Counted from the stretch's first letter, positions 41,617 through 51,873 are shown. The stretch: DNA of 64,000 nt from Candidatus Saccharimonadales bacterium (GCA_025451045.1 JANWLD010000003.1:133690-197689); one strand, 5' to 3'. The notes: generated by a model from the sequence alone, not told the origin. Made by a program: numbers and translations.

Positions 41617-44316
41617 CTATTTACGCCTGATTTTTCGGTAAACTTTGCGGCTGGTCAAACGCAGGTACTCTCCGCCGAGGTAATAGTATGGAAAGACGGT
41701 AACTACAAGGAAGGTGCTGGACAGCAGGCCAAAGATAAGTACCACGGTCAAGCCTTCCCAGAACGGGCTGGTTATGGCTAGCGGAATCAGCGAGACTACG
41801 GCAGTCAGGCTGGTGGCTATCAGCGGGCGGAACCGTTCGGCTAACGCCTCATGGATAGCATCTACCGGCCGGCTACCCCGCCGCCGCGCTTGGTTGGCAT
41901 AATCCGTCAGTAGAATCGTATTTTTCAGGCTCAGGCCGATTAACGCGAAGAAGCCGAGCATCGCGAAGAAGCTAAAGGCGTTATCGGTGATGTAAAGTCC
42001 AAGAGTGATGCCAAAAAGACTGAATGGTATCGCCATAAAGATGAGAAGCGGCTGAAGCAGGCTTTTGAACTGCACGGCCAACAATATGTAGATTGCCAGC
42101 AGCACTAGCGGAAATGCGATGGCCAGGGTTTTGAAGCTGTCCTGGTTTTCGTCTTCTTGGCCAAAGTTAAAGCTCAGGCTGTTGCTAGCCAGGCCATAGG
42201 AAGCGACTTTCGACGGCGGGAATTCTTTTTCGACGGCATCTTTAGCCAGCGTAACCAGCGTAGTAGTGTCGTTGTCGACAAAATCGGCTGAGACCTCGAC
42301 GTATTGTTTGTTATCCTCACGGTTATAAATGTCGCTGTTACTGCCAAGTACTGACTTTATCTTGGCCGTGCTACCGTCTATTCGTTTGAGCTCGGCGTGT
42401 TCTAGGTAAGTTTTGATGTCATCGCGCAGTTTCAGCGCGGCTTCGCGGTTCTTGCTGGAATCAACCCGGGCCGCAAAGGCCGAAGCCGGCGGTCCAGCAT
42501 CAACCTGGGCTACATTCACTTGGGCGTCATTAAAACCGACAAACTTTTGATTCAGCTGATCTACCAGTTCAGGCGCTTTTACTTCCCTGTTTTTATAGTC
42601 GGTTATGTCTAAGCTAAGCATGGCTGTTTTTATGTCAGCCGCTCCATAGTAAGACGCTTTTTCAAAATTTTGGCCAATCGTGCCGCCGATAATTTTGTCG
42701 GCATTATCGGCTACGGCTTCCGCTTTTGTAATGTTGGTTCCCGGAGGGAAATTGAGCGTTACGCCCAGCTGGTTGGAATCTTTGCTAGGCGGGAAGATGT
42801 TAAAGGTTACCTTTTGGAAAAGAAAGCCGCTAGCACCGATAAAAAGAAAGCCGATGAGCACCGCTATCAACCCTACGCCGAAGAGCTTCTTTTTAGAATT
42901 TTTAGCAAGCAACATCGGTTTGGCCACAAGTTCGGCCAGTTTGTGCTCAAAGTTAAAGGCTCCGGATGCCGATTTTTTACCAAGCTGGTTTTTGCCTAGT
43001 AGCAGGAACCGGGCAAAAAGCGGAATAAAAACGAAAGCGATAATCAGGCTTACCATCAGCGCCGAGATGATGGTTATAGGAATTGCGCGAATAAACTTAC
43101 CGAGAATTCCGCCGACAAAAATAAGCGGCGAGAAGCTTAATGCCGCCGTCAGCGTCGCGGCTACCATTGCCCGGCTGACTTTGCCAACGGCCACTTCCAC
43201 GGCTTTGGACGCGGATTTCACCCGCCGGCGCTGGGCATCAAGCGCTTCGACCATGATTATCGTATCGTCAATAATCAATGACAAAGCAAGAATCAAAGAA
43301 AACAGAGTGATGGTATTGAGCGTGTAGCCTATCAAATACAGCAGCCCGTTGACGATTGCCAGCACCGTAATCATTGAAATAACGGTTAAAAGTGAAGCCC
43401 GGATGGCAATAACAATCGAGCCGATAACCAGTACTGCCAACAGCCCTTCCAGAAGTACATGCTGCAATTCGTTTATCTGGGCTTTTATCTGCGGGGCATA
43501 ACTGCCGCTGATTTTGGCCTGATAACCAGAGAACTCTGCGTTGTGGTTCAGGTCGTTGACCGCCGATTGTATCTGCGCGTCCAGTTCAAGGCTGTCCACG
43601 TCTTTATTGGCCTTAAACCCTATAATTACGGAGTTATAAAAATTATTCTCGCTATCTTCGCGCTGGCCAAAGCGGTCAAAAAGTTGTTGGGTCGGCTCAG
43701 ACTTGCCGGTTTGGGTGTTGGTGGCGGCTTTGTAAGGGTCAATTATTGAAACGCTGTTTACCAGCGAAAGGTTTTTCGACTTAAAGTACTCGGCCGCGCC
43801 TTTGGCTTTGGCGGTCAGCTCGGCAGTCGGAACTGCTTTGGCCGAATAAAAAGATACTACGAGGTCATCACCGCGGGAAGTAAAACCAAATTTATAAGGG
43901 TCAAATTGCAGCGATGCTTGGCTAGGCAGCAGTTTTTTCGAATCGATATCGGTTTTTAATTTGGCAGATTCGCTGTCGGCATTAACGCCGTCATTGTAGG
44001 AAACTATAACTGAATAAAAATTATCCTGGGACTGGGATTGGATGGTTTTGACTTCCGGTTGCTTGAGGAGGTATTCGCTTAGCGGCGCGGCTATTTGCTT
44101 ATCAACTTTAGCCGGGTTGTTTACCAGGTATGTTCCCTGCGCTACGGCAAACGGCGTTTCAATCGCCGGGAAACCTTCGCGGTTGAGTAAAGTGGTGTAG
44201 CAGGTAGCGCCGAACAGCGTTAGAACCAGCCAAAGCAACGCTGTTTTTCGCGGATGGCTAAAGAACAGCATTGTCAATTTCTGCAACGGTTTAAGCGAAT
44301 TTGTTTTCTTTTTCAA
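41617..44316 (-). CDS. RND-superfamily efflux transporter permease (short AcrB-like)
   Basis: 899 aa, two 6-TM bundles and two large loops, LSLIIDDTIIMVEA motif. Confidence 0.85.
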   Translation of the reverse strand: MKKKTNSLKPLQKLTMLFFSHPRKTALLWLVLTLFGATCYTTLLNREGFPAIETPFAVAQGTYLVNNPAKVDKQIAAPLSEYLLKQPEVKTIQSQSQDNFYSVIVSYNDGVNADSESAKLKTDIDSKKLLPSQASLQFDPYKFGFTSRGDDLVVSFYSAKAVPTAELTAKAKGAAEYFKSKNLSLVNSVSIIDPYKAATNTQTGKSEPTQQLFDRFGQREDSENNFYNSVIIGFKANKDVDSLELDAQIQSAVNDLNHNAEFSGYQAKISGSYAPQIKAQINELQHVLLEGLLAVLVIGSIVIAIRASLLTVISMITVLAIVNGLLYLIGYTLNTITLFSLILALSLIIDDTIIMVEALDAQRRRVKSASKAVEVAVGKVSRAMVAATLTAALSFSPLIFVGGILGKFIRAIPITIISALMVSLIIAFVFIPLFARFLLLGKNQLGKKSASGAFNFEHKLAELVAKPMLLAKNSKKKLFGVGLIAVLIGFLFIGASGFLFQKVTFNIFPPSKDSNQLGVTLNFPPGTNITKAEAVADNADKIIGGTIGQNFEKASYYGAADIKTAMLSLDITDYKNREVKAPELVDQLNQKFVGFNDAQVNVAQVDAGPPASAFAARVDSSKNREAALKLRDDIKTYLEHAELKRIDGSTAKIKSVLGSNSDIYNREDNKQYVEVSADFVDNDTTTLVTLAKDAVEKEFPPSKVASYGLASNSLSFNFGQEDENQDSFKTLAIAFPLVLLAIYILLAVQFKSLLQPLLIFMAIPFSLFGITLGLYITDNAFSFFAMLGFFALIGLSLKNTILLTDYANQARRRGSRPVDAIHEALAERFRPLIATSLTAVVSLIPLAITSPFWEGLTVVLIFGLLSSTFLVVTVFPYYYLGGEYLRLTSRKVYRKIRRK

Positions 44317-44439
44317 CTGTATTTTCCCCCTAGTTTGTTTTTATTAGTTTAACGGCATTTTTGTCGCGGGTAAAATAAAAACCCTTAACAACCGATAGGA
44401 ATTTAACCGCTTAAGAGGTATAATACTCTTTTAATAAAG

Positions 44440-45468
44440 ATGACTGACAAGACTTCCGACTACAAAATTGCGACTCTTGGGAGCCATTCCGCGCTTCAGA
44501 TACTAAAAGGCGCGCGCGACGAAGGCTTTAAAACAATGATAATCGCCCTCAAGGGACGGACTCAGCCGTATGAGTCTTTCAAAGTTGCCGATGAGATAAT
44601 TGAGCTGGAATCATTCAAGGACCTCCCCGGTTTGGAACAGCGGCTGATTGATGAGAATGTGATTTTAGTACCGCACGGCTCATTTTTTAGCGCCTATACC
44701 GATTTGGAGGCATTAAACCAATCCGACGCGCTTTACTTCGGTAATAAAAAGATTTTGCCATGGGAACAAAGCCGGACTAAACAGCGTGAATGGCTGAAAA
44801 AAGCCGGACTGACCCTGCCGAAGATTTATGATAAGCCCGAAGATATCGACGGCCCTTGCATCATCAAGTTTTATGGTGCTGGCGGCGGCAAAGGATACTT
44901 TTTGGCCAAGACCGCCGAAGAGTTTTATGAAAAAATCAAACCTCATAAAGACAAGAGATACATAATCCAGCAATACATCGTCGGAGCGCCGCTGTATGTA
45001 CATTACTTCTACTCGCCGCTAACAGGCGAGCTCGAAGTGATGAGCATGGACAAGCGTTACGAGACCAACGTCGATTCCATCGGGCGTATAAGCGCCAAAG
45101 ACCAACTGGATTTGAATATCGAAAGCTCTTACAACATCATGGGCAACCTGCCGGTGGTAGTACGCGAATCGATGTTGCCGCAGATATTTTCTATGGGTGA
45201 AGAGGTCGTTAAGGTTTCCAAGAAACTGGAGCCGGGCGGACTCACCGGACCGTTTTGCCTGGAAACAATAGTCACGCCGGAACTGGAATTTTATGTATTT
45301 GAAATTTCCGCCCGCATCGTCGCGGGGACTAATCCGTACATCAACGGCTCGCCCTATACTGATCTTCGTTACAAAGAACCAATGAGTACCGGTCGCCGCG
45401 TAGCACGAGAGATAAAGCTAGCATTAGAAAGTGATGAAATAGAAAAGGTTTTGATAAATGGCAATTGA
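44440..45468 (+). CDS. purP: Archaeal-type 5-formaminoimidazole-4-carboxamide ribonucleotide (FAICAR) synthetase, PurP family
   Basis: IATLGSHSALQILKGARDEGFKT N-terminal signature, then an ATP-grasp region. Confidence 0.78.
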   Translation: MTDKTSDYKIATLGSHSALQILKGARDEGFKTMIIALKGRTQPYESFKVADEIIELESFKDLPGLEQRLIDENVILVPHGSFFSAYTDLEALNQSDALYFGNKKILPWEQSRTKQREWLKKAGLTLPKIYDKPEDIDGPCIIKFYGAGGGKGYFLAKTAEEFYEKIKPHKDKRYIIQQYIVGAPLYVHYFYSPLTGELEVMSMDKRYETNVDSIGRISAKDQLDLNIESSYNIMGNLPVVVRESMLPQIFSMGEEVVKVSKKLEPGGLTGPFCLETIVTPELEFYVFEISARIVAGTNPYINGSPYTDLRYKEPMSTGRRVAREIKLALESDEIEKVLINGN

Positions 45469-46579
45469 CAGCAGCAAACTACTAGACGGTTATGACTTGA
45501 ATAACATTCGCATTGCTACGCTCGGCGGACATAGCGCGCTGGACGTATGCCGCGGCGCGAAGAGCGAAGGGTTCGAAACGGTCGTTGTAGCCCAAAAAGA
45601 CCGCGCCAAGACTTTTACCGATTATTACAAAACCCGCGGTAACAAAGGCTGTGTCGACCATGTCATCTTGGTAGATGATTTCGCGGACGTAGCCAAGCCG
45701 GAAATCCAGAAACAACTACGCGAATTAAACGCGGTATTCGTACATAGCCGTTACTTTTGGGTTTACTGCGATATCAACCAGATTGAAAATGATTTTAACG
45801 TGCCGATTATCGGCAACCGGGTGCTGGTGCGCAAAGAAGAGCGCGACGAAGAAAAAAACCAGTACTTCCTACTCAAAGAAGCCGGTATAAATATCCCGAA
45901 ACAGTTTGCTGATCCAAAAGACATTGACCGTCAGGTTATCGTCAAGGCTGCCGAAGCGAACCGTAAGTATGAGCGGGCCTTTTTCTTGGTGCATAGCTAT
46001 GAAGACTATCTGGCCGAGTCCAAGAAACGTTTGGACAGCGGCGCTATAGATAAGCAGTCTTTAGACAATGCGATTATCGAAGAATTTGTTCTTGGTCCGC
46101 AATTGAACTTGAATTTCTTTTATTCGCCAGTTACGGATGAGCTGGAGCTACTGGGAACTGACACTCGCCGCCAGACTAATATAGATGGTCTCTTGCGCCT
46201 GACCGCAACTGAGCAGACTGAAGTATTGAAGCACGTCCGGCCGCAATATATCGAGAACGGACATATAGCCGTCACTATAAAAGAATCTTTGCTGGAAAAG
46301 GCATATGAAGCCGGCGAGAAGTTTGTTGAGTCGGTTGCCAAGCATTATCCGCCCGGTATGATTGGCCCGTTTGCCCTCCAAGGCGCGATTACCCCCGGCC
46401 CGCCAAAAGAAAAATTGTTTGTTTTTGACGTGAGCATGCGCATTCCCGGCAGTCCCGGTACAATGTTTACGCCCTACTCCGGCTATATGTACGGTGAAAA
46501 TATGAGCGTTGGCAAGCGCCTGGCCATGGAAGTCAAACAAGCCATAGCCGAAAATAAATTAGATCTATTAATTACTTAA
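45458..46579 (+). CDS. PurP-family paralog (second ATP-grasp formate-dependent ligase-like gene)
   Basis: IATLGGHSALDVCRGAKSEGFET; overlaps the first purP by 11 nt. Confidence 0.72.
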   Translation: MAIDSSKLLDGYDLNNIRIATLGGHSALDVCRGAKSEGFETVVVAQKDRAKTFTDYYKTRGNKGCVDHVILVDDFADVAKPEIQKQLRELNAVFVHSRYFWVYCDINQIENDFNVPIIGNRVLVRKEERDEEKNQYFLLKEAGINIPKQFADPKDIDRQVIVKAAEANRKYERAFFLVHSYEDYLAESKKRLDSGAIDKQSLDNAIIEEFVLGPQLNLNFFYSPVTDELELLGTDTRRQTNIDGLLRLTATEQTEVLKHVRPQYIENGHIAVTIKESLLEKAYEAGEKFVESVAKHYPPGMIGPFALQGAITPGPPKEKLFVFDVSMRIPGSPGTMFTPYSGYMYGENMSVGKRLAMEVKQAIAENKLDLLIT

Positions 46580-47028
46580 CTAATAAATGTAGCAGCTTCA
46601 CCGGGCTCCAGGCTCTGTATGGTGTCAGCTAGTTTACTGGCCTGCTCGCTTCTTTCCCCGCGATGATACTCCCTTGCAAATAGATCATGATCCAATGGCT
46701 GTGTTCTAAGCTGTTCGCAAACATCTTCAAGTTCGTCTTCTCTTATTACTAGCAGTGGTATGCGGTGAGCGCCTCTTACAAAGCGTCCAATTCTTTCTTC
46801 TAGAGACAAGGCTTTAATTGCCGACAAATCTTCTGCGTTTGGCAGTGCTCCGGCATCTATCATTGCCTTGGCTTGTTTGTTAGCATCGGGCTGTCTCTTC
46901 CCAGCGTTAGGGGGATCTATAAAGCTGCCTGAAGCTTTATCAAGAGCGGAATTAATTAAATACACACTCCCAGGGTCACCTAGAGTCTTATTGTCAAAAA
47001 TTAAGTTCCCAAACCTGTCTTTTTCCAT
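46576..47028 (-). CDS. Hypothetical protein, paralog of the adjacent 175-aa ORF
   Basis: Shares DAGALPNAEDLSAIKALSLEERI and PLLVIREDELEDVCEQL blocks with the neighbour. Confidence 0.55.
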   Translation of the reverse strand: MEKDRFGNLIFDNKTLGDPGSVYLINSALDKASGSFIDPPNAGKRQPDANKQAKAMIDAGALPNAEDLSAIKALSLEERIGRFVRGAHRIPLLVIREDELEDVCEQLRTQPLDHDLFAREYHRGERSEQASKLADTIQSLEPGEAATFIS

Positions 47029-47030
47029 AA

Positions 47031-47558
47031 TTATTCTACCGGTACTACTTCTGCCTGAAGAGCGTTTATTTCGCCTAAAAGTTCTGTGAATCGCGTAGGA
47101 CGAGCTTCAGGTACAAATCTTTCATCGCTTTTTTCAAGCGCCTTTTTAACTTCTTCCAGTTCGTCAGGCCTTATTGCGACAACAGGATCTAATTCTCCTG
47201 AGGAAGGTACCATATAAGCGCGGTTAAACTCTGAGTAATGACCTTCTTTATCATGGTACAGATTCATTGATTTTAGTCTATTTGTATAGTCATGAAGCCT
47301 ATCACGAAGAGGGATAGCTCTTATTTCACCTATATCGATTTGACGGATGTCAGCACCAGCAACACCAGCTTCTAATAATGCGGCGGCGGCAAGCAAGGCT
47401 TGGCGATTATCCCTCGTATCCTCTGCGGTATGTTCAAAAGCACCTGGCTCAACTTCAAAAAGTTGAGGTGAATCCTCATATTCTATGGACAAATCTATAA
47501 CCTCGACTTTTTCATGGTCGCTTTGATCCAAAATTAAATACTCGCCTTGTAAATGCAT
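47031..47558 (-). CDS. Hypothetical protein, paralog of the adjacent 150-aa ORF
   Basis: Shares EAGVAGADIRQIDIGEIRAIPLRDRL and PVVAIRPDELEEVKKAL blocks with the neighbour; 2-nt gap to it. Confidence 0.55.
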   Translation of the reverse strand: MHLQGEYLILDQSDHEKVEVIDLSIEYEDSPQLFEVEPGAFEHTAEDTRDNRQALLAAAALLEAGVAGADIRQIDIGEIRAIPLRDRLHDYTNRLKSMNLYHDKEGHYSEFNRAYMVPSSGELDPVVAIRPDELEEVKKALEKSDERFVPEARPTRFTELLGEINALQAEVVPVE

Positions 47559-47603
47559 AACTACCTATAATACCATACTTTGTATTTTATTGCAAAGATT
47601 TTA

Positions 47604-48371
47604 TTAACGGTATTGGTTGATTTGGGTTTTTAGGTCTTCAGCGGCTTGAGCCGGATTTTCGGCGTAAATTATGCCGCGGGAAGAATTAATAATCAGGCCT
47701 TTGCTCTCAGAAGTTAGTCCGGCTTTAAGCATTGGCTCAAGTTCGCCGCCCTGAGCGCCGATGCCAGGCACTAGTATGGGTGTATCATCCCCGGCTATTT
47801 CCCGGATTCTTTTCAACTCTTCAGGGTATGTAGCCCCGACAATAAACATTACGTTCCCTATTTTAAGCGCGGTTTCAGCGACAATCTCATAAAGCGGCTT
47901 TCCATCTACTTTCAGGTTTTGAAATTCCTCGGAGCCTTTGTTTGAGCCTTTTACCCAAATAAAAATACCTTTGTCTTTATATTCAAAATATGGCTCAAGC
48001 TCTTGGATGCCTTGATAAGGCTGAAGCGTAACTGCATCAGCACCTAAATATTCAAAGGCGAACTCGGCGTATTTATTGTTCGTATTGCCTATGTCGCCCC
48101 GCTTGAAGTCCAAGATTATTGGAATATCCGGGCAGGTTGATTTGATATAATCACAAGTCTCTTTAAGCTGAGCGATGCCATCCGCGCCCAACGCTTCATA
48201 AAAAGCCGAATTGGGCTTGTAAGCACAAACCAGATTATGTGTTGAATCAATTATCGATTTATTAAACTCAAACAATGTCTTGCTGGATTTATCCGTATCC
48301 GGATCCAGCCCAACGCAGACAAGCGAATTATTTTTGGCTGCTGCTATGTTTAATTTCTCGGTAAAACTCAT
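47604..48371 (-). CDS. pyrF: Orotidine 5'-phosphate decarboxylase
   Basis: LVCVGLDPD and ILDFKRGDIGNT motifs. Confidence 0.88.
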   Translation of the reverse strand: MSFTEKLNIAAAKNNSLVCVGLDPDTDKSSKTLFEFNKSIIDSTHNLVCAYKPNSAFYEALGADGIAQLKETCDYIKSTCPDIPIILDFKRGDIGNTNNKYAEFAFEYLGADAVTLQPYQGIQELEPYFEYKDKGIFIWVKGSNKGSEEFQNLKVDGKPLYEIVAETALKIGNVMFIVGATYPEELKRIREIAGDDTPILVPGIGAQGGELEPMLKAGLTSESKGLIINSSRGIIYAENPAQAAEDLKTQINQYR

Positions 48372-49564
48372 TTTATTATCAAATCCTCACGATTAGGGCC
48401 AATACCAATCATTGTAACGGGTATGTTTAAATAGTTTTCGATGAATTTCAGATAATTTTCGGCTTCAGCTGAGCTGTCGTCCTGCCAAGTGGGTAATTCT
48501 TTATATACCGGTTCGCATTGTACTAGCTCCTCGGCAGAACTGGGCGGACTGGATATTTCTTGCCCGCTTAATTTATAAGCCACAGCTAGTTTAGTAGTTT
48601 CGCCGTGGCGGTTGATACAGTCAAATTTAGTTAAAGCTATTTCATCTATGCCATTGACTTCGACCGCGCGTTTTAAAGCGACCAAATCCAGATAGCCGAC
48701 TTCACGTTCACGCCCGGTAGTCGCTCCGAATTCGCTGTCGACCTTGCCTTTTTCGCCGCGCGTTTGGGCGGCGATTTGCTCATCTGTAATTTTGCTTACA
48801 AATGGTCCGCCGCCGACTTTTGACGGTGTAGCCTTGGCAACTCCTATTACTCTGCCGACTTGTTTGTAGTTGATGCCGCTGCCGCTCATTAGGCCGGCAA
48901 CAGTGGTGTCGGAAGATGTTACAAACGGATATTTGCCATGGTTGATATCCAGCCCAAAAGCTTGAGCGCCTTCAACCAATACGTTTTTACCCGAACTTAT
49001 AGACTCTTGGATTAATGCGACGCTATCGCACAGATAGTCCTTTAGCTGGGCAGAGGCTTCAGTAAACTGTTTATCGCCGATTTTGGCAAGCTCATCTTGG
49101 TTTTCGATTATTTCCGCCCTTACCCCCTCGCGCAAAGCTTTATCGGCGGCGGTAAAAGCAATGCCTGCTTTGGTGCTGCCCTGCCCTTTATTACCGCTCT
49201 CGCGCTGTTCGTCTTTTTGTTTATGAATCGGCAATACTAGATGGACTGTTTTACTGATAAATAAATTCTTTGGAGATATTTCTACGCCTTTGGACTTGGC
49301 ATTTTCAATTTCTTCAACTAGTTTCACCGGGTCCAGAAAACAGCCGTTGCCGATTATGTTCACAATATTTTTATAAGTTATGCCGGAGGGTATCTGGTGC
49401 AGGGCTAAAGTTTCACCGTTTTGGAGTACTATCGTATGTCCGGCATTGGCGCCGCCGTTACCGCGGATGACAACATCGGACTTTTCGGCAAGATAATCGA
49501 CAATCTTTCCCTTGCCTTCGTCGCCGTATTGCAGGCCGACCACGAAAGTAGCTTTAGTTTGCAT
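48368..49564 (-). CDS. purA: Adenylosuccinate synthase
   Basis: GLQYGDEGKGKIVDYL, GNGGANAGHT and GTTGREREVG motifs. Confidence 0.93.
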   Translation of the reverse strand: MQTKATFVVGLQYGDEGKGKIVDYLAEKSDVVIRGNGGANAGHTIVLQNGETLALHQIPSGITYKNIVNIIGNGCFLDPVKLVEEIENAKSKGVEISPKNLFISKTVHLVLPIHKQKDEQRESGNKGQGSTKAGIAFTAADKALREGVRAEIIENQDELAKIGDKQFTEASAQLKDYLCDSVALIQESISSGKNVLVEGAQAFGLDINHGKYPFVTSSDTTVAGLMSGSGINYKQVGRVIGVAKATPSKVGGGPFVSKITDEQIAAQTRGEKGKVDSEFGATTGREREVGYLDLVALKRAVEVNGIDEIALTKFDCINRHGETTKLAVAYKLSGQEISSPPSSAEELVQCEPVYKELPTWQDDSSAEAENYLKFIENYLNIPVTMIGIGPNREDLIIK

Positions 49565-49614
49565 TTCTACCTTAAGCTTACGCTAACAGGGGCAAAATCG
49601 CAAACTTAAACCTT

Positions 49615-49962
49615 TTAAACGACGAATTCTATTTCGACAACACGTACTTGCTCGAGAAATTCAGGGAATGCATCCGGAGGTCCAGCTACACGGAACGGGG
49701 TTTTGCCATCCACGCGAGCTTTCAAGGCGTCACTATATAGCTTTTTTCTGTATCCTCGAGCCGCATGGCTATTAGAGGATAATCCTATACTTTCGGCTTT
49801 CGTCCCTCCGGCGCCCATGCTCCATTGGCTATCTTCTCTTTTCCCAAATACCTTAAGGTTTAATCTAGCCGAAGCCGCCGGTTCTTCCAGTTGCCCGGCT
49901 TGCTCTTGGTCAACAAAACCGTAACGTATTAAAGTTTTTATTTCTGGTGAATCTGGCATCAT
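49615..49962 (-). CDS. Hypothetical protein
   Basis: 115-aa ORF between guaA and purA, co-oriented. Confidence 0.45.
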   Translation of the reverse strand: MMPDSPEIKTLIRYGFVDQEQAGQLEEPAASARLNLKVFGKREDSQWSMGAGGTKAESIGLSSNSHAARGYRKKLYSDALKARVDGKTPFRVAGPPDAFPEFLEQVRVVEIEFVV

Positions 49963-49971
49963 AATTTTCCT

Positions 49972-50274
49972 TTAAAGCTCTATACGGCTGAAACGCATAA
50001 GATTAGCGAAGTCATGCATCTCGTCTATAAGTTTTCCTGTTTCCGAAAAAGTCGATGCTGCGAGTGCTATTGCTGGCAATACAACAATTTTTTTATCAGG
50101 ATTTTCAAATAATTTCTTAGACGCTAACGCTGTTCCAGCAGCCAGTCCGCCTATTAGCGCGGCTTTACCGGTTAGTTCGGCTAGGGTTGGCTGAGATGGG
50201 TCGGAGCTTCGATTATAGCCCCAGACAACAGCTCTGTGGACTTCGCGCAAATCACTTCTTAATCCATTTAACAT
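49972..50274 (-). CDS. Hypothetical protein with two short hydrophobic segments
   Basis: 100-aa ORF between guaA and purA, co-oriented. Confidence 0.45.
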   Translation of the reverse strand: MLNGLRSDLREVHRAVVWGYNRSSDPSQPTLAELTGKAALIGGLAAGTALASKKLFENPDKKIVVLPAIALAASTFSETGKLIDEMHDFANLMRFSRIEL

Positions 50275-50313
50275 AGCTAAAAATATTAACCTAAATTGTA
50301 TATTTTGTCAAAA

Positions 50314-51840
50314 TCATTCCCATTCGATGGTGCCGGGCGGTTTGGACGTAATGTCATAAACCACTCGGTTGACGCCGCGGACTTCGCTGACTATCCGGCT
50401 GCTGATCTTGTCCAGTAGCTCATAGGGCAGTTTTGCCCAATCGGCAGTCATACCGTCGGTAGACTCAACGGCACGAATAGCTATGACTTGTTCGTGTGTC
50501 CGGCCATCGCCCATTACTCCGACGGTCTTTACGGGCAGTAGCACCGCAAAATACTGCCACAGAGGATTATTGGCCTTAGCATTTATGACTTCTTCACGGA
50601 CTATGGCGTCGGCTTCCTGCAAGACACCGATTGCTTCAGGGGTAATTTTGTCTATTATCCGCACGGCCAGTCCCGGTCCGGGGAACGGCTGCCTTTGGGT
50701 AACTTTATCTGGCAGACCCAACTTGGCGCCTATTTCGCGGACTTCATCCTTGAACAGTTCCCTTAAAGGTTCTATCAGCTTGAGGTTCATTTTCTCCGGC
50801 AGGCCGCCAACGTTATGGTGTGATTTGATGGTTACTGAAGGGCCGTTGACCGAAACGGATTCAATTACATCGGGGTAAAGCGTACCTTGCACCAGATACT
50901 CGACATTTGCTATCTTTGAAGCTTCTTCCTCGAATATTGCAATAAATTCATTGCCGATTATCTTGCGTTTTTCTTCAGGGTCGCTGATGTCTTTCAGCTT
51001 TGAAAAGAATCTTTCGCCTGCCTGAATAGGAACTATGTTTAGCCCTTGGCCTTTGTATATATCCAGCACTTCCTCATATTCATCTTTTCGAAGCAGGCCG
51101 GTGTCTACGAATATACAAGTCTGCTTGTCGCCGACGGCTTTGTTCACTAGCGTTGCCGCTACGGATGAATCCACTCCGCCAGACAGCGCGCAGATGACGT
51201 TAGTATCACCAACTGCCTCTTTGATTTTTTGGACTTGTTCGTCGATTATCGAGCTGGCCGACCAATCTTTTGAAAAATCGCAAATGCTCACAAATGCTTC
51301 CAGTATTTCGCGGCCGTGCTCGCTATGCGCGACTTCCGGGTGGAACTGCAAGCCGTATATTTTCTTTTCTGAATTCTCAATTTCGGCTATGGTATCGCCG
51401 CTCGTCGCAGTGACGCTAAAGCCCTTCGGCGGTTTGCTGACATGGGTGCCGTGGCTCATCCAGACCGTACTTTTATCAAATGTTTTGTCAATTAGTTCGC
51501 TGTTAGATTTGAGCGTAATAGTAGCTTTACCATATTCGCGGGTTTTGGATTCTTCCACTTCACCGCCGAATTTCTGGGCTATCAACTGCATACCGTAGCA
51601 AACACCTAGAACTGGTATGTCTTGCTCCAAAATACCTTCTGTCAATGCCGGCGCGCCTTTGTCGAATACAGAATTTGGGCCGCCGGAAAGGACTATGCCT
51701 TTTGGATTGTATTTTTTTATATCATCTAAACTAGCGCTAAACGGCAGGATAATACTGTAAACGCCCAGTTCGCGTCCTCTGCGGGCAATTAACTGAGTAT
51801 ATTGAGAACCATAGTCCAAAATCACAAGAGCTTCATGCAT
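50314..51840 (-). CDS. guaA: GMP synthase (glutamine-hydrolysing)
   Basis: GATase CYGMQL, PP-loop SGGVDSSV, C-terminal GTIEWE. Confidence 0.95.
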   Translation of the reverse strand: MHEALVILDYGSQYTQLIARRGRELGVYSIILPFSASLDDIKKYNPKGIVLSGGPNSVFDKGAPALTEGILEQDIPVLGVCYGMQLIAQKFGGEVEESKTREYGKATITLKSNSELIDKTFDKSTVWMSHGTHVSKPPKGFSVTATSGDTIAEIENSEKKIYGLQFHPEVAHSEHGREILEAFVSICDFSKDWSASSIIDEQVQKIKEAVGDTNVICALSGGVDSSVAATLVNKAVGDKQTCIFVDTGLLRKDEYEEVLDIYKGQGLNIVPIQAGERFFSKLKDISDPEEKRKIIGNEFIAIFEEEASKIANVEYLVQGTLYPDVIESVSVNGPSVTIKSHHNVGGLPEKMNLKLIEPLRELFKDEVREIGAKLGLPDKVTQRQPFPGPGLAVRIIDKITPEAIGVLQEADAIVREEVINAKANNPLWQYFAVLLPVKTVGVMGDGRTHEQVIAIRAVESTDGMTADWAKLPYELLDKISSRIVSEVRGVNRVVYDITSKPPGTIEWE

Positions 51841-51873
51841 TTACATATATTTTAACAGAGCGGTAGGAGGTTT

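Noticed and set aside
38604-44316. Tripartite efflux operon (ABC, membrane-fusion protein and outer-membrane factor) or a linked defence island
   Set aside because: No membrane-fusion or outer-membrane gene is present. The ABC pair and the RND gene are on opposite strands and separated by the kinase-like gene, so I treated them as independent units.
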